DNA of 63,207 nt, counting the filler, from Octopus bimaculoides (lineage: Eukaryota): assembly GCF_001194135.2 (NCBI RefSeq). It is 5 parts of 4 records of this genome, joined end to end, with 100 filler letters (N's around TTAATTAATTAA, not from the genome) between each part and the next. Parts side by side here need not be neighbours in the genome. Positions count along the whole stretch, not along the records: positions 34,646 to 41,935 come from NC_068985.1; positions 42,036 to 61,156 come from NC_068981.1; 3 more parts are not named here. One strand, given 5' to 3'. The position numbers were made by a program, and so were the translations under genes. The notes beneath the pieces are model-generated. The model was not told where the DNA came from. It made no database searches and saw only the letters and a program-made list of their open reading frames with translations. Positions 36,411-47,484 of the stretch are shown one piece after another (positions within the stretch are counted from its first letter, which is position 1; each line of letters opens with the position of its first letter).

Positions 36411-37554
36411 CTACAACGGGATTCTCTCAAAGCTTGTTATTACGCAGATGTCACTACTGTACAATAGAATTGTCTCAACGTCTATCATTACACTTATATC
36501 ACAACTATATAACAGTAGCTGCTATTACCCAGACACCAGATCGAAACCGTTTTGTTGGATTGTAATCCAACAAAACTGTTTCGATGTTTTATATTCCATT
36601 GAAATCACAGCTACACAGCAAAACTCTCTCAATGTTATTACTTAGACTTCATTAATATACAATTCTCACTCCCACTACTATACAACAGAATTGTGTCAAT
36701 GTATGTTATTACTTAAATATTAGCATTATAAAGACAATTGCGTTAACATTTGTCTTTTATAATGCTAATAACTACTACACATCCTAACTGCTTCATATCG
36801 ATATGCGACGTATCATCTACTAAAATCTTCGTAATCTTTGTAAAGTATCATCGGCTATATACGATATTTTGTCTTCGTTTCAAATTTAATCTATGTATTA
36901 CCAAAGCAATACATCTGCTCTGTCTGTCTCTGTCTGTCTCTGTCTGTCTGTCTCTGTCAGTCTGTCTCTCTCTGTCTGTCTCTCTCTGTCTCTCTCTCTC
37001 TCTCTCTGAATAACATTATATATTTATTTTACATCTATATGATTAATACGATAGAGTTAATTAGAAAAAGGAATTATGTATATTAAAAAAATGTAATGAA
37101 ACGAATGAGTGTATGAACATGCGTAAATATGCATATGTATGGATATATGTGTGTGATACAATATATTGCTTAGATAATTTGTGAAACCTGTGGAATTTAC
37201 ACGGATTTCGCAAGTGTATTGTGTGACATTTTGTTTCTTATAGTTACTGTGCGGGTGGAATTAACGGCAATTTGTAGGGAAGGTAGAGAGTGGCGGGAGG
37301 GGGTTACAAATATAAAGGAAACGTGTAGCAAGTGTTAGTTGAGATGGTAACAGTGAAAGGTAGGAGAGGAAACCGAAAACAAAATGAGACCATACTGAAT
37401 GAACACAGATGTACAGACATATATATATAAAGGCCCCCCCCCCCTTCGATCATGAATACCATGGGATTGCACCAAGAAAGTTACCCTCTTTGGCACAAGT
37501 CCTGCTTGACAAATGACTCCTATTTAGAACTCCATGTGTATTTGCGTTCCTGTA

Positions 37555-38408
37555 CAGTAATCACTCGCCATAACACGGTTCACCTATGGCACCCTCGGTA
37601 CATTGCAGATTTTTGAGGCTAATATATGTAAATTTATATTGCAGACTCCTCAGTATATCGCGGGTTTCTGCGGCCCATAAGTATATACGTTTTTTCTAAT
37701 TTTAATTATTTCTGTGGTAAAATAAGCATTTTCACTCATAAATATTAATAAATTAATAAATAAAAACACAATACGGTACTGCACTGTATAACACATTAAT
37801 TAAAATATATTAAAAGAAAATACGTAGTGTACTGTAGATGAGTAAACAAAAATCGCACATACTGTATAGGAAATGAAACTCGGGAGGCGAGTGTGTGGTG
37901 TTGTTTTGCATTTATAATAAAATAAATATAGGCGTAGGAGTGGCTGTGTGGTAAGTAGCTTGCTTACAAACCACAGGGTTCTTGGTTCAGTCCCACTGCG
38001 TGGCAACTTGGGCATGTATCTTCAACTATAGCCTCGGGCCGATCAAAGCCTTATGAGTGGATTTGGTAGACAGAAACTGAAAGAAGCCCGTCCTATATAT
38101 GTATGTGTGTGTATATGTTTGTGTGTCTGTGTTTGTTCCCCCAACATCACTTGACAACCGATGCTGGTGTGTTTATGTCCCCGTAACTTAGTGGTTCGGC
38201 AAAAGAGACCGATAGAATAAGTACTAGGCTTACAAAGAATAAGTCCTGGGGTCAATTTGCTCGACTAAAGGTGGTGCTCCAGCATGGCCTCAGTCAAATG
38301 ACTGAAACAAGTAAAAGAGTAAAAGAGTATGTACAAATTATGAATTTTTTTTTTAATATATCGCAAGGAGTTTGGAATGTATCAGCCGTGATAGTCGAGG
38401 GATTACTT
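37555..38408. mobile_element. pogo/Tigger-type MITE with a nested family A SINE (about 37928-38328, +)
   Basis: Left end TA-CAGTAATCACTCGCCATAACACGG; right end CCGTGATAGTCGAGGGATTACTT-TA; TA flanks. Confidence 0.7.
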
Positions 38409-38702
38409 TATTGCAATTTTAGCCCTTGCTGCTAAGAATCCATGTTTGAGTCTTACACGGTGTATATTTAGAAGTGAAAGCAAAACATACGAGATTGTTT
38501 ATAAGATATTGCATAAAGCAAAATTACAACCGCCATTGAGTGACCATTACGATATCAATATAGGTTGGAGGTTTAGACACAAGGCACTGGAAGGAAGTGG
38601 TTTTAAAATAAGATTGTTATATTCCTCCAGGTGAACAGGAATACCATACCTGCAAGACTGATAATTTCCATGAAGAAAGAAATACTAGCTCATTTTTGTA
38701 TC

Positions 38703-38771
<69 letters not shown>
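38703..38771. repeat. (ATCT)n microsatellite
   Basis: Direct. Confidence 0.95.
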
Positions 38772-38772
<1 letters not shown>

Positions 38773-38963
38773 GACGAAAGAATGCGTATGGTGGACGCGT
38801 CTGAAAGGTCTAGAGACAAAGACTTTCCTCTCTGGGCAATCTCTCATCAACTTCTTCAAGTATCACCTGAAGAGGAAGGTGAGAGTAGAAAGGGAAGTCT
38901 TGTCTAGTGAATGCTTCAAAAAAAGATGGGTGAATGTAGCAAGGATGGCACGTGTGAACAACG
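38772..38963 (+). mobile_element. C-terminal fragment of an L1/Tx1-like LINE ORF2
   Basis: Stop-free TKECVWWTRLKGLETKTFLSGQSLINFFKYHLKRKVRVEREVLSSECFKKRWVNVARMARVNN running into an N gap; resembles Tx1-type ORF2 ends (F...W) from recall. Confidence 0.55.
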
Positions 38964-40266
38964 NNNNNNNNNNNNNNNNNNNNNNNNNNNNNNNNNNNNN
39001 NNNNNNNNNNNNNNNNNNNNNNNNNNNNNNNNNNNNNNNNNNNNNNNNNNNNNNNNNNNNNNNNNNNNNNNNNNNNNNNNNNNNNNNNNNNNNNNNNNNN
39101 NNNNNNNNNNNNNNNNNNNNNNNNNNNNNNNNNNNNNNNNNNNNNNNNNNNNNNNNNNNNNNNNNNNNNNNNNNNNNNNNNNNNNNNNNNNNNNNNNNNN
39201 NNNNNNNNNNNNNNNNNNNNNNNNNNNNNNNNNNNNNNNNNNNNNNNNNNNNNNNNNNNNNNNNNNNNNNNNNNNNNNNNNNNNNNNNNNNNNNNNNNNN
39301 NNNNNNNNNNNNNNNNNNNNNNNNNNNNNNNNNNNNNNNNNNNNNNNNNNNNNNNNNNNNNNNNNNNNNNNNNNNNNNNNNNNNNNNNNNNNNNNNNNNN
39401 NNNNNNNNNNNNNNNNNNNNNNNNNNNNNNNNNNNNNNNNNNNNNNNNNNNNNNNNNNNNNNNNNNNNNNNNNNNNNNNNNNNNNNNNNNNNNNNNNNNN
39501 NNNNNNNNNNNNNNNNNNNNNNNNNNNNNNNNNNNNNNNNNNNNNNNNNNNNNNNNNNNNNNNNNNNNNNNNNNNNNNNNNNNNNNNNNNNNNNNNNNNN
39601 NNNNNNNNNNNNNNNNNNNNNNNNNNNNNNNNNNNNNNNNNNNNNNNNNNNNNNNNNNNNNNNNNNNNNNNNNNNNNNNNNNNNNNNNNNNNNNNNNNNN
39701 NNNNNNNNNNNNNNNNNNNNNNNNNNNNNNNNNNNNNNNNNNNNNNNNNNNNNNNNNNNNNNNNNNNNNNNNNNNNNNNNNNNNNNNNNNNNNNNNNNNN
39801 NNNNNNNNNNNNNNNNNNNNNNNNNNNNNNNNNNNNNNNNNNNNNNNNNNNNNNNNNNNNNNNNNNNNNNNNNNNNNNNNNNNNNNNNNNNNNNNNNNNN
39901 NNNNNNNNNNNNNNNNNNNNNNNNNNNNNNNNNNNNNNNNNNNNNNNATATATATATATATATATATATATATAAAGGTAGATAGAGAGAGAGATAGAGA
40001 GAGATAGAGAGGAATAGAGAGGTAAAGATATGCACATAGATACACACACACATTTACATAGGTGTATATATGCATACAGAAACATGCATATATACATACA
40101 TACATACATAAGTGTGTGTGTGTATGTATAAATATTTATATATATATATGCGTACACGCATGCATATACTCAGATATGTACGTATGAACACAGGCATACA
40201 TGTATGTATGTATGTATGTATGTATGTATAGATATAGATAGATAGATAAGGCGTGAAAGAGACAAA

Positions 40267-40311
<45 letters not shown>

Positions 40312-40916
40312 AGTACAGAAGAATCATAACGAGACTGGCATAAACAGATATACAGAGCATATGTCATGAAAAGACACATTCAGCTTCTGTTTAGGAAAGC
40401 CTGACAGGAGTAAAATAAACCAATACATAATATAACCAAATAAGAATAAAAAGAAATACATAAATATATAAATAAATGAATGATCGAAATGATTAAAATA
40501 CAAAGCCAGTGATGTGATCAGATAGGGCCTCCAAGATAGATAGGCCAAACAGCAAAGATTCCTACCCCGCACCTATTCCGTCACTGGATTTCCTGTAGAC
40601 AACGGGAATCTAATCAGATTCCTGCAACATTATCGCAAACTTTACGCCACGTTGATTCTTCTGGAGAACCAAACTACAATTCGCATATCGTGTGGAAATG
40701 CATATCTGTATGTGTATTTGTGTGGCGGGGTAGGTGAGGGAGTGTGTATGCGCCCGTGTGCGCATGTGTGTGCGTGTGTCCGTGCGTTATGAGCATATGA
40801 ACGGGACTGTGTTGCTGTAGTATTTGTACACAATTTGTTAGTAGATAGACCTAGTTTCTATACAATTCGCTATAGTATGTGTATACATACACACATACAC
40901 ACATATATACGTACGT

Positions 40917-41133
40917 ATTGGTTTCGAATCTTGACACAAGGTCAGCAACTTCTAGGGAATTAGGTAAGTGGATTACAACGAGCCCAGTGCTCAATTGGTA
41001 TTTATTTTATCGACCCCGAAGGAAAGAAAGGCAAAGTCGACCACGATGGAATTTCAACTCAGAACGTAAAGATGGACGAAATGCCACTGCGCATTTTGCT
41101 CTGCGGAATAACGATTCCGAAAGCTCGCTGCCT
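40917..41133 (-). mobile_element. SINE family B, CpG-intact
   Basis: CGACCCCGAAGGAAAGAAAGGCAAAGTCGACC...GCTCGCTGCCTT. Confidence 0.92.
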
Positions 41134-41314
41134 TAAATATATATGTATATTGAACACACACACACACACACACGTATACAGAGGTACACACACACACATA
41201 CACACACACAAGTATGGTATAGGACTCGAAGCTTTATAGTAAATGCACCCGTTTTCGATTTTGGTTCCGTGTCGCTCTTTAGTGTGCGTCCATTTTTTAT
41301 TATATATATACATA

Positions 41315-41935
41315 CTAGCAGAGCCACCCGGCGTTGCCCGGGAATGAAATTGTTGCTTATTGGTACTTGGAAACTTTTACGATAATTAAAATGGGGATTA
41401 AATGAAAAAAAATTCACACAGCGAATATACCACGTTATTGTTTCACTGTTATATACACAGATATACATTGACGCATGTCAGTCGAAAAGTGAAAGTGTAA
41501 TAGTAATACTTACTTTAACACTCAATGGTTTTACACTTTTGTATATGACACGTACATACTATTCCTGTAAGTACTTCTTCATATACTATGTTTTCTGTCT
41601 TGCCATGTTTATCACTGAGAATATAGAGGTTCTTTTCATCTCCAACTCTAGAACATCCAACATACAGCTGACCATGTGAGAAGCAAGGTTGAAGGAGGTT
41701 AAGTCCCACCACCTTTAGAGATTGACTTTGTGCTTTGTTGATAGACATTGCAAAGCTAAGTTTGACCGGAAACTGCAGTCTCTTGAACTGAAAGGGGAGA
41801 TCATTTGAAATGAGAGGTATCCTTGGAATGAAGACATTCTCACCCATCATGTTGCCTGTAATTATTGTTGCTTCCAACACATGGGGCATGGCTGTTTTAA
41901 CAACCAACCTTGTTCCATTGCAGAGTCTGGATGCA
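41315..41935 (-). mobile_element. Helitron 3' end with Pif1-like helicase C-terminus
   Basis: Stop-free frame from the contig edge to 41515: LCNGTRL...VFIPRIP...FKRLQFPVKLSFAMSINKAQSQSL...FSHGQLYVGCSRV; subterminal hairpin CCCGG-GCAACG-CCGGG and CTAG terminus (41315-41318) followed by T. Confidence 0.96.
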
Positions 41936-42035
41936 NNNNNNNNNNNNNNNNNNNNNNNNNNNNNNNNNNNNNNNNNNNNTTAATTAATTAANNNNNNNNN
42001 NNNNNNNNNNNNNNNNNNNNNNNNNNNNNNNNNNN

Positions 42036-42079
<44 letters not shown>

Positions 42080-42354
42080 GTTTACATATCTATGTATGTA
42101 AATGTATGTACTGCAATAGGAAAAAAATGTGTACGATTGTGAACATTTGTTTCTGGTTAAGCATATGGATATTAGGGTATGTAGGTACATATATTACATA
42201 TATGTTCAGTAGTACTGATATATATCTATGGTTACCTTAATATGTTTGCCTATGTGTTGTATTTATGCGTGTCTGTGTTTTCTAACATCTACAGAAATAC
42301 GCGTAGAAGTACACACACAAACACACACACACAGATATATATATATATATATAT

Positions 42355-42559
42355 ATCATGAGTCGCCATGATAGATCGCTGACCACAACATTCAAATTTT
42401 TTTCTCCGTGTTCTTCTCCTTGTTTTTCTCCTTATTCTTTTTGTTGAAGAGCGTAGCTCGAAACGTTAAAGACTTTCTCTATTCCCGAGCGTTAAACTAA
42501 TACATCCTTTTGTTGTTTACACCACCTGTCCTCGTCTGTTGTTTTTTTCGTGAATTCTC

Positions 42560-42560
<1 letters not shown>
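42355..42560 (+). mobile_element. Penelope-like element terminal-repeat fragment with degenerate hammerhead motif
   Basis: 42436-42472: TCTTT-TTGTTGAA-GAGC-GTA-GCTC-GAAAC-GT-T-AAAGA; a related fragment lies at about 49255-49320 (-). Confidence 0.6.
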
Positions 42561-42599
<39 letters not shown>

Positions 42600-42609
42600 N
42601 NNNNNNNNN

Positions 42610-42642
<33 letters not shown>

Positions 42643-43434
42643 ACAGGCATATATTACATTTGGGGGTATTAGTTTCTGTGTTTGGGTATTTACTTTTTCC
42701 TTTACCTGTACAAATACCCATCATTATATCTAAATCCATATCTATCTATTGGTGTGTCTATTTAACTCCATATTTACCTATGTCATTGTCATTTCCAAGC
42801 CATCTATTTTAATCAGAATATGAAGACACTGACATTGTGATGCTGAGTAATAATCCTATATTCCTATACGATTGCCTTTTAATTAGTTTTCTTACATTTT
42901 CTACCATTTGTATTTTCGATTCTAGGAAAGCAAAGAGGGAAAGAAAATATATGACACAACATTGGTAATATGTTTCTCTTCAAAACATTCATTAAAAAAA
43001 TAAAACATACTTAGTATTAATACATCTTTAGGATATATATTCATAAAACCTAATGGAAGTCAAAACTATTATCGATTACACAACTCAGCATTTACCATAT
43101 TCCATATACATTAATATTCTATAATTAATTTCAAATAATTGTACAGCGAAATGCATACACGTATTTCGTTTTCCGTTTTTTAACTTTTCACGTTTTCTAT
43201 ATGCTTCCTTCTCAACTTATTGCATTCCTTCTCTCATTCAATTTTCAGTTCGTTAAGATACGTGGTTTGTGACTGATGAATATGTTTGTGGTATTTCTCA
43301 ACATACGAAACTATTAGAAGCACATATAAACATGTATTGTGTCTATTAAAGTGTATACATATATATAATTTTTTTTTCAGAATAAGACAAATAGGCAAGG
43401 CTGTGAAGATTTTAGAACATCTATAAATAGATGA

Positions 43435-43480
43435 TCTTACAGCTGTTTCCAGGATATTATTATATCCCTTCATCGGAAAC
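43435..43480 (-). ncRNA. Minimal type I hammerhead-like motif
   Basis: GTTT-CCGATGA-A-GGGATAT-AATA-ATATCCT-G-GAAAC-AGCT-GTA-AGAT. Confidence 0.55.
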
Positions 43481-43573
43481 AATGAGAGAAAATGGTTAAA
43501 CAATAGTTAATTTAGATAAGATATGAAATAGAGAGTGAAGTAATGGTTAAGTAATTAACCATTTTCTCACACC

Positions 43574-43621
43574 GTCTCCGATGAAGGGATATAATAAATA
43601 TCCTGTAAACAGCTGTAAGAC
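43574..43621 (+). ncRNA. Minimal type I hammerhead-like motif
   Basis: GTCT-CCGATGA-A-GGGATAT-AATAA-ATATCCT-GTAAAC-AGCT-GTA-AGAC; stem I GTCT/AGAC is perfect. Confidence 0.55.
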
Positions 43622-43839
43622 CTATTTATAAATGTTCTAAAATCTTCACAGCCTTGACTCTTTATCTCATTCTGAAAAATTTTTTTTTTACATATACACA
43701 TGCTGATATATGACCTACGTTGGAGTCCTTATTTGCATAATCACCGAACCTGGAGCTTAACTATGATCTGTCCATAGCACTTACTCACTATTACCTCACA
43801 CCTCTGGGTCTTGACACCATTACCTCTCATAGCCTATAC

Positions 43840-43893
<54 letters not shown>

Positions 43894-45075
43894 ATGTGTG
43901 GTTATCAAATAAATTCGTGAACATTCCTATTTGGTACTCCATCAACGTTTGTTCCAAAAGTGATAGAATTTATTAAAATTACAAAAAGTTTTTAGATAAC
44001 AAACGAAAATATCATATCTCTCTCTCTCTCTATATATATATAAGCGAATTAAATAAATAAATATCACGCTTGCATTTCATAACGCAATCAAGCTGAGACA
44101 CTTAACTGAAAAATCGTACGTGAATACCTATTACACAATAATTTACTCTATAATACATAATTTATTAAAATTGATACATATATTTGTTTCATTTTTGCTT
44201 AGTACAATCAATTTGCTTAGTTTAGAACGTTGTACTTACATATATTCAACTCTGATATGACGAGATAACAGCTTCATTTCGTACAGTATTTTTAGAACAG
44301 GTTAGTGGGTACTTGTAGCAAGTGACAATCTGCTTTAAGTGATATGTCCACATTTCGCTGTATAGCCACCATCATATATCTAGAGACTTACAAAGATATA
44401 GTTTTATGACATCTTCATAAAGAAATACACAAAGCGATCAAAAGTATACATTTCGTATGAGAAAGCATCATAAAATCAAGTTCTTCTACTAGTACAGATA
44501 GTTGACAGCTAAGTTATCGCAAATGGACTTATTTTTATGGAAACTTTTTGTATAAGACTGTGTATTTCATTATTGCCTATCAATCGTTTTATAGCGATCA
44601 CATGATATGTAGATATATCTGTGGTATGTGATGTGAGCGTGTGTATTTATATGAGTGCATGTGTGTATATGTTACGTGTGGTTCTGTGAGACGTATGGTT
44701 GTGCGTGATAAGATGTTCAAATGGAAGAAAATGTAATATCAATATATGCAACACAGATTGACTGTTACTTCAGAGGGTGATGATTCATCACTTTGCTACT
44801 CCCAGTGCCTTGGTTCCTCGAAGATACAGCAGCCCAAAATATGTTACGATATATTTGCATGTGTCTGTGTGTGTATTCATATATATATGTACCTTGTTTA
44901 TCATTTTGTCCATGCTCTTTTGCCACGTCATATACCCAGTTTTGTATCTATATGTACATGTAGATGAAGGTATGTACATACATGTACATATATATGCATA
45001 TACTCATATATTCTTTATATATATATATATGCTATAATATGGTGTGTAAAGATAGATAAGTATGGAGGTAGCTAG

Positions 45076-45109
<34 letters not shown>

Positions 45110-46794
45110 NNNNNNNNNNNNNNNNNNNNNNNNNNNNNNNNNNNNNNNNNNNNNNNNNNNNNNNNNNNNNNNNNNNNNNNNNNNNNNNNNNNNNNNNNNN
45201 NNNNNNNNNNNNNNNNNNNNNNNNNNNNNNNNNNNNNNNNNNNNNNNNNNNNNNNNNNNNNNNNNNNNNNNNNNNNNNNNNNNNNNNNNNNNNNNNNNNN
45301 NNNNNNNNNNNNNNNNNNNNNNNNNNNNNNNNNNNNNNNNNNNNNNNNNNNNNNNNNNNNNNNNNNNNNNNNNNNNNNNNNNNNNNNNNNNNNNNNNNNN
45401 NNNNNNNNNNNNNNNNNNNNNNNNNNNNNNNNNNNNNNNNNNNNNNNNNNNNNNNNNNNNNNNNNNNNNNNNNNNNNNNNNNNNNNNNNNNNNNNNNNNN
45501 NNNNNNNNNNNNNNNNNNNNNNNNNNNNNNNNNNNNNNNNNNNNNNNNNNNNNNNNNNNNNNNNNNNNNNNNNNNNNNNNNNNNNNNNNNNNNNNNNNNN
45601 NNNNNNNNNNNNNNNNNNNNNNNNNNNNNNNNNNNNNNNNNNNNNNNNNNNNNNNNNNNNNNNATATATATATATGTGTGTGTGTGTGTGTGCTATGAAA
45701 CATGACACGTAACCAAAGTTCGGGCCCACTTCTAGCTCCTACACTCTACTTTTCTATCCATTGCGGTACGACGTAGAGCATCAGATTTATGTAGGGAATT
45801 CGAGTTACATAATTGTGTTAATATCGCATGATTTATAAAATATGCGCGCATTTTCTCAAATTAATGCCAGTATTACATAATTGCTTATTGAAACATTACA
45901 TACCATTGCTTAACACTGAAGGGGTGTATTAACCCTGATAATATAATGATTCCACAAGCGATTAGATAATCCTGGAAGTAATCTACTGAAACACGTATAT
46001 GTTTTATGATTAATAAATATCATCTTTTCTGTATTTTATTAATGCTATATATATGGTGGGTGGGGTGTTGTAATTAGTTTGAGGCAGAGTTGTTTTTTTT
46101 TTGCTTTGCTAATAATTACATTTTTGTTTTAGTAGGATGATTACTACAATGCATCTCCATGAATTATTCATGTGAAACTGTTTTTCCCCTAATATTTATT
46201 TATATATACAATTTGCAGTTTCCTTTCTGCATTATAATTACGTTAAGATAAAAGAATACAATACCATTATTTTTATATATAATGAAATAAAAATAGGCAT
46301 TTGTCCTTTACCTCTACAAAATGTTTATTTTTACTGATTTTTAACAATTTATGAAAATTAGTAGGATAAAAATGCTAAATTATTTCATTTACTATTTCAC
46401 GAGAATATATTCCTCAAGATTTGTAGACACGTTGATAGTTTTAGATGTGCAATGTCCAGGTAATTCAGTATTCTTGTATGTTTTTTTTTTCTTTTATGCA
46501 TAAAGATTGAATATCTTTTTTTAATGAAAATATTTCAGATATTTCAAAAGATACGTAAAGTGATTTTGGAAGCGACCTTTTTGATGATTTAGTCGCTTTT
46601 CTTGTTATTGTTAGTGTTGATGTTTTCTTCTAAGTTTGCTGGGATTGATCGAACTTGTTAATCGTTTAATATAAAAAGAAGACTAGTCTTTATGCTATTT
46701 CAGGTAGGGAATAGTTATGACTACCTTAACGATTACGTTAAAACATTCTACAAGACATCAGATCGTAGTTTAATCTGTTATTTCTTCTATGTAG

Positions 46795-47484
46795 CGGGGC
46801 TGCCTGGAATGTCCTATTTCGACTCGTAAGAATGTGTTTAAATTTGCAGGTGCACAAAGGCTGTATCCTACTGGTGGAAACAGATGTTATGCATATCACA
46901 GTTGATAGATGTTTTTTTTTTTTATCGTATATATTCTCAACGTAGTGAATAAAGAAGTCAGAGATGACTGGATTATATTTGTACATATTGAATAACCTGA
47001 AATCTTCAAATTTAAACGAACGAGAGAACAGACTTCATTCTATTGTGATTCTCAAAAACGTTGGTAAGATATGCAATGTGAATTACCTACATCTGAAGTT
47101 CAAAAGATCGTTGATAATTAAAATTCTTCCTATATTCGCTCGCGTGCACATTTTAATAAAACTGTGAGAAGAAAACTTTACGAAAGGGCTTCCATGTCGA
47201 TCAAAATACTAGATACAGTTGCCAAATATTGATCAAATGACACTTCCGGCTTATATAAGGACAAGTTGATAAATGTAATAGTGGATACACTATTTCGAGA
47301 ATAAGATTGGTCGCTTATAGCTGACAAACCTTTGACATCTGAACATCTCCTCCATCAGAGCTGAACAGCGGTTAAAGAAAATCGTTACCGATGCATGCAA
47401 GTTTACATATTTGGAAGATTTCCTTATTAAAACTATTGGGCTTTCCCCCCTAAAATTCTTGAATAGATATATTGGACTGGCCTT
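46795..47484 (+). CDS. Two speculative coding exons (46795-46825, 47359-47484) of an unidentified gene
   Basis: AG/GT boundaries (donors GTAAGA, GTAAGT), phase-compatible, spliced peptide GLPGMSYFDSAEQRLKKIVTDACKFTYLEDFLIKTIGLSPLKFLNRYIGLA; no family recognised. Confidence 0.2.

Larger units (their letters stand above)
43373..43680. mobile_element. Inverted pair of Penelope-like terminal repeats (arms about 127 bp, spacer about 55 bp)
   Basis: 43373-43499 is the reverse complement of 43555-43680 at roughly 85-90% identity (by eye). Confidence 0.8.
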
